This document shows positions 1 through 13,517 of a DNA stretch of 64,000 bases, piece by piece. Below the pieces are notes generated by a model. The model had not been told where the DNA came from, did no database searches, and was given only the letters and a program-made list of their open reading frames with translations. Every line of letters begins with the position of its first letter. Within the stretch, counting starts at the first letter, position 1. Made by a program: the position numbers and the translations under genes. Source of the stretch: Octopus vulgaris (lineage: Eukaryota); NCBI GenBank assembly GCA_951406725.2, contig OX597830.1, positions 50,840,001 to 50,904,000 of the forward strand, given 5' to 3'.

Positions 1-134
1 CGTGAAAAGGCCGATAGAAAGAAAGAATAGAGTCATACAAGATTAAGATAAATATACACTTACATATTAGAGACCGAAGAGTACATACGCCGCTATATAT
101 ATATAATACAAAATAGTACAAGAATGCAAAACAT

Positions 135-174
<40 letters not shown>

Positions 175-216
175 ATATATATATATAATACAAAATAGTA
201 CAAGAATGCAAAACAT

Positions 217-288
<72 letters not shown>

Positions 289-290
<2 letters not shown>

Positions 291-420
291 ATTCAAATTA
301 AGAAGAAAAATTAACGTGCACAAGCTTGACGTTCCATTAACAAAAAAAGAGTTTGACGTTTCGAGCATAGTTCTTCGTGGGAAAGGAGAAAGGAAAATGT
401 CCAAAGAAGGAAAGGAAATC
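289..420 (-). mobile_element. Short TA-flanked element with degenerate hammerhead-like motif (Penelope/retrozyme-like fragment)
   Basis: Minus strand reads CCCACGAA-GAAC TAT GCTC-GAAACGT...AACGTC, same layout as motifs at 16361 and 30314; abuts a (TA)n array. Confidence 0.45.
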
Positions 421-607
421 ACAGGTTTCAAATCTTAGCTCAAGGACTGGTAGAGGATTACATCAACCCCAATTTTCAATTGGTACGATCCGAAAAAATG
501 ACAGGCTATGTCGAACCCTGCGAAATTTGAACTCATAACGTAAAAACGGTCTAAATGCCGCTAAGTGTAATGTCCGGCGTGTTAACGATTCTGGCAGCTC
601 GCCGCTT
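420..607 (-). mobile_element. SINE family B, degraded copy
   Basis: Similar to intact copies (60508-60740): gaaatttgaactca..cgtaa, gttaacgattctggcagctcgccgc. Confidence 0.75.
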
Positions 608-1097
608 TAACACGTAAATTTAAATTGAAAACCGTATTGTCTCAAAGAATTCAGTACGCCACGCCATAGCTTAGTCATACCGATTTAAGGAATAGGCTGT
701 AATGAATTATCTCCCTTAGTTAATTTTATTTCCTTTTAACACATTCTGGGTACAACTGTCGTTTATCACATATTTTTACATCCCTATATACATTGTAAAA
801 TCCTCTTTAATAACGCATTCTTTCTCACATATATGGCTGCTACTGGGCAATAATGTGATTCTTTGTCTTCATCTTCTTTTTGCCATCATCTTTTCATTTT
901 CTTTCGCGTTTTCATCTTTTTCATTTTCCTCTTCGTTTTTCTCCTTTTTCTTCTCCTCCCCCTCCATTTCCTCCTTCTTCGTTTTCTTTTTTCTGTATTG
1001 CGCTGCATGCCGTAACCATCATTTTGTTCTCTTGAACTTATTCTACTCCCTGTAAACAAAAACTCGCTCTCTTTATCAATTCTGTCCTCGACGCTCT

Positions 1098-1268
1098 TTT
1101 ACTCCTACTCCTCCTACTCCTCCTACTCCTCCTCCTCCTCCTCCTCACCATCATCATCATCATCATCCTACTCTTTCTTCTCTTCCTCTTTCTCCTCCTT
1201 TTTCTCTTCATCCTATTTCTCCTCCTTCTTCTCCTCCTCCTCCTACTCCTCCTCCTCCTCATCTTCAT
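1098..1268. repeat. Degenerate (CTC/CAT)n trinucleotide repeat
   Basis: Visible triplet runs. Confidence 0.9.
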
Positions 1269-2068
1269 TAACATCGACATAACTACCGCACTCTACTTCC
1301 GTACTCACTGGACATTTACACATTCCATCCGCCCATATCCGCTATTCCGTTATTCATTCCAATCCCATCTAACTTCTCCACAACTTCTAGCTAGTTTCTC
1401 TCCATCTCCCACCGGCGCAAGACTCGATGAAATATTTAACTAATTTCAGTAGTAATTACCTGCTCATCCTTGCTCCTCCATTAACAACTATTGTTGTGTC
1501 GGGTTAATCAGCACAGAACAGCTAATCAGATATTCTTAGTTTAAATGTACCATTAATTAGCAGTTCTCTCCAACGTTATGCCGCCATTATCAACAAGCGT
1601 ACAACAGTAACAGCCATCTTTTTCTTTTATTTTGGTATCATTTTCAGGTTATTTTTCCCCCCTCTTTTTACATTTGTATTTATTTACAGATTCATTAGGT
1701 TCAGAAAATAAAATATTCGGTTCAACGATGCAATATATTTATTTGTTCTGCTTCTCGCTGCACCATTATTATACAAAAAAACACGAAACTAATGCGAAGA
1801 TTGTTTTAAAGGCTTGTTAAAGATGTCTTTTTGGTGAGTGGTAACGGTTGCAGTTGTAGTGGTAGTGATGCTGTGGTTGTAATTTTGCGATGGTGGTTGT
1901 AATGGTGGAGGTTGGGAAAATGGTATTTGTGGTGGTGGTGGAGGGGTTTATGATGGTGATAATAGTTAAATGATTCATTGGAAACTGAAGTGAACAAAAG
2001 AACCTGCTTCTTTTTTTTTTACTTCTTTCTTTAGGACGGGGCTGTTTCTTCATATGATGAATACCTCC

Positions 2069-2092
2069 ATAATAATAATAATAAAAATAATA

Positions 2093-2132
<40 letters not shown>

Positions 2133-2475
2133 CGGCGACGACAGGAAGAAGAAGGAGGAGGAGAATAATAATAAGAAGAAGAAGAAGAAGAGGAGGAGGA
2201 GGAGGAGGAGAAGAAGAAGAAGAAGAAGAAGAAGGAGGATGAGAAGAAGAAGAAGAAGGAGAAGGAGAATAATAATAATAAGAAGAAGAAGAAGAAGAAG
2301 AAGGAGGAGGAGGAGGAGGAGAAGAAGGAAGAGAAGGAGGAGAAGAAGAAGAAGAAGAAGAAGAAGAAGAAGGAGGGGGAGAAGAAGAAGAAGAAGAAGG
2401 ATAAGAAGAAGAAGGAGGGGAGAAGAAGAAGAAGAAGGAGAAGGAGAAGAAGAAGAAGAAGAAGAAGAAGAAGAA
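2069..2475. repeat. Compound (AAT)/(GAT)/(GAA)/(GGA)n microsatellite
   Basis: Visible triplet runs; explains six overlapping low-complexity ORFs. Confidence 0.95.
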
Positions 2476-4539
2476 TATGACGATATAGAATTTGTACAAG
2501 CAATAATGATCATAACGGCGACTGTGTTAGTGGTGGTGGTGGTGAGGGTTTGTGATGGTGGTTGGGGCGGTGGTGGCGGCGGCAGGAAGGGGTGAGGGTT
2601 GTTTCGGAGGCAACCCCTCGTTAATAATATTAAACATTGATAGTAAATAGCAGAAAAGGGAACGTGATCGATTAATGTTTCTCAAGAGAGAATGACCTAC
2701 AAGAAATAGCAACGAAATTCTTCCTACAAGTTACGTAACATCGTCTTGTAAACGAAACAACACTTTAGGTAATATGATCCTTGATATGATATGCCCGAAA
2801 GAAGGATGTGGTAGTCAGGGTTGGGTTGTGCTGCGTTTGGTTTAGGGATCCTCTACTGGCCAGGGGTTAAACAACAATATTTGATAAAAATGTTTATGAC
2901 ATCTATTCGTCTGTTGTTTATGAAACATGTTGCGATATCAATCACCGAAGAATATATTGAATTATGGCTGTTGCTGTTGTTGTTTAACCCCTGGTCAGGC
3001 CACGTCAAGCAGCACTCTGATCAACATCATTCCATCAAAGTCCATCCTGTATTTTCGGAGGAGATTTTAGGGCATTTAAGAAAATATTTTGCTTGCTATT
3101 TATGCGTATTGTTCTGCACTTCAAGATCAAATCTTACCGAGGCCAGCTTTGCTTCCTTTTCTCTCCTTCCCTTTTTTACATTTGGGGGTCATTAAAATAA
3201 TGGTCCCATCTGGAGCACTGAATTGACGGAATTCTTTAAATGTGGTGCCTTGTGATATTTATTCTTGTGGGATTTAATATAATCGTGGATGTTGTTATTA
3301 CAAAATTTACTGGAATCAGACAGCAAAAAAATTCTAATGAGACCGCTATTACTGCAAGAATTAGCAGCCAAGTCTTTTTCATTTCATACATTAGTGTTCC
3401 AAATAGCAGTAAATAATGAATTATAATTTTCGAGGTTTCTAGGCGAGGGTTTTGGTCGTGTGTTGAAATGGAAGCAATTTAAACGTAGAAGACATTTGTT
3501 AGTGACTCAACAATAGGCAAAGCGTTTTAGCTTCACTTAAACATTTCTTAATAAATGTTTAAGTAAAGTTAGCAGTCTAACTGCTCGCGAATGGTCGACG
3601 CGTCTTCCACGCTGCAACGCTTTACAGATTATAATGTTCTGGATAGGAGCTGTTGTCCAAAATATAAATATGTCTGGATGGTTGGAGGCGTAAAATCTGG
3701 TTGGTAACAGGAATAACGAATCGGGGCCGAGTTGTCTTACAACAACTACAACAACGACTATAAAAATCATTTCTTTATGAAGCCATGTAATGAGGATTTT
3801 TCAGGTTATTGTAATTCTTCAAGAAGGCGATGTTGAAAAAAAGAAAACAGATATCTTAATAACCATAATCTAATTGTGGTAGCATGAACGGACCGTGCTA
3901 AAGCGAGAGGACAGTTTTGAAAGGAAAACAGCAAGAGTTGTATAACCCAGCAAAAGTGGTTGAGTGACCAACTAGAAATAGTAAATCTCTCAAATGAAAA
4001 TCTTGTCTTAATAAGGAGATCCGCTGGATAACGTAGCCGAAAATACAAAATACTAGAAGCAAAAGACAGGAACGTCATAACTGGAAAGACTTTATGGGGT
4101 CCATTCCATTATGGTTGACCTGGAATTAACCAACATTATCAATAACAAAAACAACCCCCAAATTATCAATATACAAACGCATTCATATAAAAGAAATCTC
4201 TATATAGTACTTCATTGTGGAACTTGTATCGTATTGCACCATATTATGAAAATAGTACCATTAGGTATCTTAAGGTATTAAACGGTACTAGTTGTGGAAA
4301 TCTGTCAGTCTATGGAATACAGATATTTAATAACCACTATTAATAATAAAAGGAGTAACATTTGAAAGCAAGTCTAATTGCGTTCAACTGGACTGTATTT
4401 TGTCCACAGATTATAATATTTGTAATTCATGCATACGCTGTATGTATACAGTGTATGTATTATATACGTCCGTTGTACACATGTATTTCATGTATGTGTT
4501 TTATACCTTATAGAAATACTTAGTTTCGTACTTCGTATC

Positions 4540-4683
4540 TGCACGCTGTATATATAAATTGTGTGTGTGAACGTGTGTATGTGTTTGCACGTATATATAT
4601 AGCGAGAAAGAGAGAGAAAGAGATAGATATAGATATACACACACACATACAAACATGCATACGTACATACATAAATATGTATA

Positions 4684-4754
<71 letters not shown>

Positions 4755-4847
4755 ATATATATACACACATATTTATGCATGTATGTATGTATGTGTCTAT
4801 ATCTATGTCTATCTATCTATGTCTCCCCCCGCGCTCTCTCTTTCTCG

Positions 4848-4895
<48 letters not shown>
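4540..4895. repeat. Compound (TA)n/(CA)n microsatellite
   Basis: Visible dinucleotide runs. Confidence 0.95.
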
Positions 4896-4898
<3 letters not shown>

Positions 4899-6139
4899 AT
4901 ATCTAGACATTGTAACCGTTAGGCATTCTGCACGCATAAATACCCCGACCTTTAATTGGAGATCTGTTATAAAAATCAATCCCGTCATTCAGTTATGTTA
5001 AACAATCAATACTAAAGATATTAATCGAACATTATCGAAGAATATGGATTGTTCGGAGGTTTAAATGTCGCCTCTGTCATTGCGTTACTAAATATCTCTG
5101 ATCGTTAACGAACAAGGTCGTATATAGCACCACAATATAACCATGTAGTATACATCCACTTCATATTCTATATATAACGATCGTTTTACGAGGCAGCTCT
5201 GTGATCAGTTCACAATATTCTCCAATGATTTGATGTTAGGATGCAATGGATTTTGACAAACGTAATTTACTATCTTTAGTTCGATCACATTCTATTATAT
5301 GCTAAGCTCCATCTTCCCTGATTTATTTAAGCCTCGAGAACAATATTCGCTATTTATAGACGAGGCTGTATGAAATGCGGGGTCAGATAGGGTTACTTCT
5401 CCGTCTGTTAAAAGAAAGATTCCACATCATAAACACACACCAAAAAAAAAAGGAAAAAGGAAGAAATTATATATACATTCTTTCTCGTAAAACATGGTTG
5501 ATTTGTCAGCCACAATGTTATGCTAATATCATTGGAATGGTGTGGTTATTATTAGCGTTATTAAGTGACAATAGTAAATCTGGAATCTCTCTCGGTCGTC
5601 TTAGCTTTTGCGGGTTGTCATTAAAAGTGATTTGATTTAGACGTAAGAATAGTCTGTGAGAGAAAGCGAGAAAGGACAAGAAAAAGGGAGAGTAAGAAAG
5701 AAAGAAAGAAAGAGGAGAGAGAGGGAGAGAGAGAGAAAGAAGTAAAGAAATCAGGAAGAGCGAGAGAGAGAAAAGGAACATGGTGCTTTTGATGGAATCG
5801 ATTATGAACGCTTCAAAGTCAAAAGCAATCGTGATTTTATATGATATCCATGTAACAATATTACAAAGATATGATAAAATTTTCCCTTCAAATGTCTTAC
5901 TGGAATCACAGTCAAACATTTCATATTCTTCAGTGTTATTCTATGTTGCCTTCGTTTCATGTCGTAGAAGTACTCATGTTTTCAAAAACGTTTGAAGTTC
6001 TTGTTGCTATTGTTGTTTCGCTTCATCTCACCTTTATATCTGTGATGCACGATATGTCACCTATAACTATCCCGTCAGCCCATTTTCTTTGGCATTATGT
6101 ATCTCCCTGTAAATCTTCCTATTTTCAAGACGCCATGGT

Positions 6140-7480
6140 GTTATCTGAGGGAGATTTAACTGCTCTTTCTCTCAGTTCAATCGATTTCATCTGTTATCCA
6201 TAGCTATGCCACGTAGATCTCTCAGATTGTCACGATCTTGAAAGCTGTGGATCTACCAAACCTAAGCTTTCGCAATTATCAAATCTTTACCCTTGGTATG
6301 GTATCCTTGTAACTATACAGAGGCGTCCAGTTCGGGAGTTGGTGTACATCCTCCAGTACCTTCCATATATATGTATCACTGCATATCTTTCGATCCTTCG
6401 CTTTTGGGAGTAACAGCTAGGGTATCTTAGCTTCTCCTGGCTGCCCACCTTTTACACCAAGAATATCTTTGTCGTGTAATAGTTATGAATTTCCGCGCGA
6501 GCCGCTGTTACTTACAAGCAGTGTTCCCGACGATTGAGAACAAATATTCACCATATAATCAATATAGTTTCCTTCTATGTCTTGTTCTGAATTGTCTTAG
6601 GATCCGATCAACCAGTCACTTTGCGTAGCTCTCTGGTCTTGTATGTACCGATTGCCATATATATGTGAGCTGAAAGCGAAATGCTTGAAATTTTTTAGCA
6701 TTAAACTACGTGTTGTATTTATTCAGCCCACACGAATATACGAATATTGCAGCCAGAAATTTCAGTAGTTTTACGGTGGCTTCGTGATCCCAAACGGCCT
6801 GTGATACGCTTGTATCGTTTCCACATCTAGTGAGAGCGGTTGTCTGTATGATTTAGTTAATGTCTGATAAAGCTAGCTACCACAAACGGTCTTTGTCCCA
6901 GCATACCACTTAGAATTGATTTGAGAACACCACTGGCTACAACTGCCTGATTTCTCCCTTTTAAAAAGTGATAAAGCCACTTCCTTAGTTTTCTTACTAT
7001 ACTAAACTGACACAGATTGAGTTCATAGCATCTCCAGATCAATTTTATCGAAGAGCCTGAACAAAGTTGAGATACATCTCATATATATTTAGATGATTGT
7101 TAAGCTATGAGTTTATATTATTATATAGTACTATAAGTGCACGTTATAATAATAAAGAAGCTGTGTGGGGCGGAGCAACTTCCTAATTGTAGCTGTGCTG
7201 CGTGTCAGTGAGCAAACCTTCTTCTTTTATGAAATATGTTCTGTTTCTTTCAGACAATCGTCCCATGACTGCTGATGTGTGAAGTTACGCGTGCAATTTT
7301 GATGTTCTCTGGTTCCTCTTCTGGGGATAGGGCATAACAGTGGTCCATTGATGTCCGATGATTCATAATTCATACTCTGATTCATCAAAAAATGTGTTGG
7401 AAGGTTTCTCATGGGCTATTAATGGGGTTAGACAGCAGGCACATTAGGTTGGTAGGAAGTACTGAAATCCTTAGGCAGCC
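6140..7480 (-). mobile_element. Decayed CR1/L2-type LINE ORF2 (RT and C-terminal region)
   Basis: Broken minus-strand translations in expected order: YLNFVQA/FDKID (~7080-7040, YxDFxKAFD), KWLYHFLKGRNQAVV..SG (~6985-6900), WAE..FNAKKFQ (~6730-6685), CYSQKRRIERYAVIHIWKVL (~6415-6350); many stops and frameshifts, ends approximate. Confidence 0.75.
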
Positions 7481-7528
7481 CCTAAATCGATTTTACATCT
7501 GCTATTAACAATGTCAATGATTAAGTAT

Positions 7529-7666
7529 TACGAAGAGGTGTTGAAAAGTAACTGGCTTTGAGTAAGAGAAAATGCAAGAGGATCAGTTAATTATGATTTT
7601 ATTCAACATTTTTTCTCTCTCGGGTTTACACAGTTATTGCAGTAGTCTTCCAGTTTTACCAATCCC
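7529..7666. mobile_element. One end of a mariner-derived non-autonomous element
   Basis: tacgaagaggtgttgaaaagtaactggcttt...aattatgattttatt...ttattgcag aligns with 56086-56200. Confidence 0.55.
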
Positions 7667-8121
7667 AACAAGCGATACCCTTAAAGCCAGGTACATTTCA
7701 GTACCCCATCGTAAATAAACCCCAGTTACTGAACATGTGGGGGTCTGTAACATAAGCCTCTACTATTTCCTTCTCTGTTTTACTTTCCCTTCAATATATT
7801 ACACCTAAGCAAACTCATATTCTAGCATATTCTATATTTTCAGTTGAATAATTAAATTAAAACAGAAAACACAAACAAGATCAACCAATATTTCACAGTT
7901 AATCTTGCTGAGAAAACTGAACATCGTTAGAGATACATTCCTACGAGTAATATTGTTAGTTTTCTGTTAATCGTAGTTAAAGATGTTTTTCAAATAATTC
8001 ATGTGATATGACGATATCCTGTTGTAGGAAATTTTTAGAAATATCATTAAAAAAACCCACGAGAAATGTATTAGTTGTATGAAGGTATTGTATTAAATAA
8101 TTCATACCGCTTCCTGCTTAC

Positions 8122-8253
8122 CTGTCTGCCATATTTGTCTCTGTGGATTCTTGACGTTTGTAACAGTTACTCAACCATTGGGTGATATTTAAGTTGAACT
8201 CTGTCAATTCCCATGACAGACGTGACAATATTGTCAGTAATTCAGCCATGTTG
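8122..8253 (-). other. Candidate exon of a minus-strand gene (MAELLTILSRLSWELTEF...TNMAD, phase-2 donor)
   Basis: ttttttgctaag|caacATGG start context; open frame to CAG|GTAAGC donor at 8122/8121; unique non-repetitive sequence; no homology recognised. Confidence 0.35.
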
Positions 8254-8628
8254 CTTAGCAAAAAACATATTTTTAATAAATAGAACAGAGTAAATAAAAA
8301 ACAAAAGAATGACTGCAAAAAAAATAAATAGCAAAAGAAAGAAAAAAATACAATAACGAAAAAGATGTTATTCAAACAATGAAGAGTCATAAATCTGAAA
8401 CTAAGTCAATTTTTTAAAACATATTTATTTAAAAACACACACACACATACTCGCACACACACATACACACACACATATATATATAATATAAACACATGCA
8501 AATTATGTTACACATTTATTTATCTATGAGACAATCTAATTTATATATGCATAGAAACACACGCGCGCTCAAACACACACACAGACACGCACACACAAAC
8601 ACACACAGACGCACGCGCAGATGCATAA

Positions 8629-9012
<384 letters not shown>

Positions 9013-9013
9013 A

Positions 9014-9120
9014 GATGGGCTTTTTCCTGTTCCCGTCTACGAAATCCACTTACAAGGCTTTATTTCAGGTCGTGGCTATAGTAGAAGACACCTGCCCAAG
9101 GTGTCTTCTACTATAGCCTC
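9014..9120 (-). mobile_element. SINE family A fragment ending in a foldback
   Basis: ccgtctac.aaatccact.acaaggcttt..ggctatagtagaagacac..gcccaaggtg. Confidence 0.7.
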
Positions 9121-9152
9121 ATACACACTCACACGTGCACACACACACCTCC

Positions 9153-9205
<53 letters not shown>

Positions 9206-10092
9206 TGTATGTGTACGAGTGAACTTCCTAGAGGCTGGCACCACACCGTATTTTTAAATGTGCAAGAACACATTTGCTAATGTATTCCTAGGTATCTCAT
9301 TCCAGATTAAAATGAACTACATCTTCATCAGCAACACCATTCCTATAATTGTTAATGAAGACGTTTAATTAGACCCAATGTAATATGATATGAGACTTCT
9401 ATAAATATAGTATTATGAGCATTTTACGCTTTAGAGGAGACTGATGAGATCGCTTCTACCGCCGCCATAACGGCTGTGAATACCTCCTCAAACACCTCCA
9501 GACACTGACAAGACCTCCTTCTCAATTAAATACCGTTATTAAAGCTGAAATGTTCAACAATGAACGAAATGTAATATTCTTTATATTTCTAATTTCTGCG
9601 AGTGAAGTTTAAAGAACAAATATCAGTTTATTTTTACTTCTTCTTGTACTTCTTATTCCAATAAAACTCAAAGATTTCGAACCAATATTTGTCTGTGAGA
9701 ATCGACTTAATACGGAGTTTAATCAAGTCAGAGAAATCGCCATTAAAATAATTAAACTATTTCGTTCATTTGAAGCAATAGAATTAAATGAAGAATTAGG
9801 AATTAATTTCACGTTACAATGTCAACGTAGCTATTTTGTTAAGATAGAGAAAAGCAGAAAGCAGGCAAAATGAAATTAATTTTACTCAAGGTTAAACAGT
9901 TGATTGATAATTTTATTTCCAGATGAAATTTTAATCATAAGGTGAAACTTTTGCTTCAAACAAGAAAAAAGAAACCATGTTTTCGTTCATTTTGTTGGGA
10001 ATTAATTGTTAATTGACGAAATTTCTCAGCAATCCTGAACTTTTAATTCACGCCTATCCAAGTACATGCTCATGAATGAAAGTGTGCGCATA

Positions 10093-10120
10093 ATATATAT
10101 ATATATATATACGCATACAC

Positions 10121-10201
<81 letters not shown>

Positions 10202-10264
10202 CATACATACACACACATAACATACATACATACATACAAACATACAAACATACATACATACATA
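10093..10264. repeat. (TA)n-(CA)n-(CATA)n microsatellite
   Basis: Visible. Confidence 0.95.
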
Positions 10265-10650
10265 GGAGAGAAAGAGAAAAGAGTACTCAATATTTTTCAT
10301 AAAATACATAATTTATTTGTATTAAAGTTTTGGGGTAGTTTTCGAGAAATTTTAAATAAAATACTCCTGAATCAAACAATCAATTTTTTTCTCCCAGCTT
10401 TAAGAGAAACGCATCAAAGCAAACCTTTAGCATATACATATCTACATGCATACATACGTACTTACACGGCCTATCTATCTCACATATACGCACACACACA
10501 CATACGCAAAGAAGTTTTGTATGGACAAAAACAGGGGTGGTCAACATCCGGTCACTCTTTTCTAGACCTGAAATGGAGGTTTATGTTCAGATGACAGACG
10601 CGACAGTATCGTTAATATTTCAGCCATCTTGACAATTCCCAGCTGGTGCG

Positions 10651-10684
10651 TATCATCATCATCATCATCCCCATCCCTATCACC

Positions 10685-10715
<31 letters not shown>

Positions 10716-10800
10716 CCACGATCATCATCACCATCATCATCATCATCACCACGATCATCATCATCATCATCACCATCACCACCATCATCATCATCATCAT

Positions 10801-10862
<62 letters not shown>

Positions 10863-10951
10863 TCATCACCACCACCATCATCATCATCATCACGTTCTTC
10901 ATCATCATCATCATGATCACCATCGTCGTCATCATCATTATCATCATCATC

Positions 10952-10982
<31 letters not shown>

Positions 10983-11190
10983 CCATCATCATCATCCTCC
11001 TCCTCATCACCATCATCATCGTCGTCGTCATCATTGTCGTCATCATCATCATCATCTTCACATTCACCGTCATCACCATCGTCATCGTCGTCGTCATCAT
11101 CATCACCATCACCACCATCATCGTCAGCGTTGTCCTTGTCCTTGTCCTTGTCACCATCTTTGTCACCCTTGTCGTCGTCGTCGACATCAC
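10651..11190. repeat. Degenerate (CAT/CAC/CGT)n repeat
   Basis: Visible; gives poly-D/M/S/I ORFs in multiple frames. Confidence 0.95.
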
Positions 11191-12591
11191 CAAGAACTAC
11201 AGCAACAAACTTTAATGACACTTGTAAAAGCTGTGACTGTATTTAATTTTTGTTTTTTCTGCCTAGAAATAATTATTAACTTCTGACCAGGTTTGCCAAG
11301 TGCAGTATTAACAATTGATTCACAATTTTCGATTAAAGCCCCATCTTTATTATACTAATTATAAACGAATTAAAAATATTTGTAGAAAAACTTTCAGCAA
11401 TGTTCTGCGTAGCTTCTTTTCATAATGGAATTGTTAAATACTATAATTAGCATGTTATTAGTGTTTTAATATAAACCATATTGTAACCGAGTTAAAAGAA
11501 AATTAATTAGATTTTATTAAAAATTCAAATTACTTTGTGTCATTATTATTTTCATTAGGATTTTTGGTAATTAGATAATTATAGTCGATTTACTTAATTC
11601 CTAAGGACGGACCATAAACTCCTTTCCTGGTGCAAATCTGCTTTATTTTTTTAGAAAATTATTCTAAAAAATAGGAATAAAAAAAGATTAAACAAGAAAC
11701 GAATAAAAGTTAATCAGAGAAATTTCAGAACTCCTCTCAGTCTCGGGAAACTCTATTAGATGACGTTATGTGCCGATTGAGATAATTAGCAATTAAAAAT
11801 CAATAGATTACAATACGTTTTATTTCCTTTTCGCAAAATGTTGGCTGTATAATGACTTGATACGAGCGACAAAGAAATGCTAATTTAAAATTACTAGGGA
11901 CTTTTTTTAATTAAGTATTTGAAATTAATTGCTAATAATATACGTCGAGAAAGAGCCACATCGTTCTTATTTTCTTGCCAAAAAATATTTGTTAGCGACA
12001 AGCCGATACACTATCTGTGGAATTCGCTTTCCGTTTTGTTTTTCTTTTTTTCTGTTACTTAAGATAACACGATGATATGTGACTCTAATGTGAAATTGCT
12101 ACATTGCATGTGGCTTACCTGAATGAAGTAATTTTGGGTTATACAGTATCACAAGTGAGATCCATCAACACACAAATTCTCAAGTGATGTCACTGAGAAT
12201 ATTATGTTATACTGTTTCTTCTTTATGTAGGATGCTATCATCATAAACGTGTTAACTGGGGAGAAAACCTCATCAATCACCCACTGACTATCAACAGTGG
12301 AAGAGAAATGATATAAAATGCTTTGGGCTTGATTTGAGCAATTTAGCTTTAAGCCTCAGAGCTGCGCCGAGTTCGTATTTCTCCACAGCCACACTTGCCT
12401 AGAGGGCATTAGTGCCCATATTACAATTGTCGGAGGGCGGTGTTGGGAATCAATGAAGCTGAGCACAAAATAACTTAGGGTATTTAATAAGGTTTCTTTA
12501 ATTTTTCAGTTTAAATCCTATCGATGGCAACTTTGCATTTGATATTACTTAAATGGTAAAATGATACCAGTAATCTATTGGTGTCACTTTG

Positions 12592-12720
12592 TTTTCTTTT
12601 TTTAATTCTTTCAGTCATTTGACTGCGGCCATGCTGGAACGCAGCCTTTAGTCGAGCAAATCTACCCCAGGACTTATTCTTTGTACTTATAATAAGCCTA
12701 GTACTTATTCTATCGCACCA
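12592..12720 (-). mobile_element. SINE family A, 3' end only
   Basis: tttcagtcatttgactgcggccatgctgga..gcctttagtcgagcaaatc.accccaggacttattc. Confidence 0.8.
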
Positions 12721-13004
12721 GCTTTTGTCACCATTGATCGACGAAGAGGGGTGAAGCACTGCAAAACAAAGACACACCACGTGGCAGTAGGACCCCACCC
12801 GAATACGCCGGTAGGCAGAGTGATGCCTGAGATTCGCATCAATTGGCTTCTAGCGGTGGGAGTCTAAACTATATGTAGCTTTTGTAGAAATAGGATGAAG
12901 ATTAAATCCTTTCTCTTTCTCTCTCACTCTCTCTCTTTCTTTCTCTGTCTATCTATCAATCTATCTATCTTGCGAACTAGCTATATATATATATATATAT
13001 ATAT

Positions 13005-13471
13005 TAATAAATTTCAGGGTAGCAAAAAATTAGATAATTTTTTTGCTACCAGGGGTCTAGCGAGAAGAAAAAAAAAACTAGTCAATAGACTATATATTAT
13101 TCATATAAAAATACAGTGTGCATTTAAACACATAAGATATGGCCATAACAGGACATCTGACCCGCTAGAAGGAGTAGTTAAACTCCAAATCACTATTAGG
13201 GGTAATTTCGAAAGGGAATGAAAAATAAAAACATTTACCTTCTATTTCCTGTACCATGGTTTCAAGCTATCTTCAGCAAATAAAATAATTATTTTATTTT
13301 ATTTTATTTTATTTGCTGAATGTAGCTTGAAACCATGGTCCAGGAAATAGAGGGTATTTTTACTTTTCATTCCCTTTCGAAATTACCCCTAATTGTGATT
13401 TGAAGTTTAACTACTCCTTCTACCGGGTCGGCTGTCCTGTTATGGCCATCTCTGATGTGTTTAAATGTACA

Positions 13472-13474
<3 letters not shown>
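13005..13474. mobile_element. Foldback element: 361-bp near-perfect palindrome (13114-13474) plus ~110-bp unpaired extension, between (TA)n arrays
   Basis: TA|CAGTGTGCATTTAAACAC at 13114 pairs with GTGTTTAAATGTACACTG|TA at 13474; arms complementary through to a centre near 13290. Confidence 0.85.

Positions 13475-13515
<41 letters not shown>

Positions 13516-13517
<2 letters not shown>

Noticed and set aside
100-288. Tandem duplication of atacaaaatagtacaagaatgcaaaacatcc between TA runs
   Set aside because: Simple slippage or assembly artefact in TA arrays; two units only, not CRISPR-like
855-2595. Long poly-R/L/E/S/F ORFs
   Set aside because: Translations of triplet microsatellites, open in many frames
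10562-11221. 219-aa Asp-rich ORF resembling biomineral proteins
   Set aside because: Degenerate (CAT)n repeat open in several frames; no signal peptide or domain
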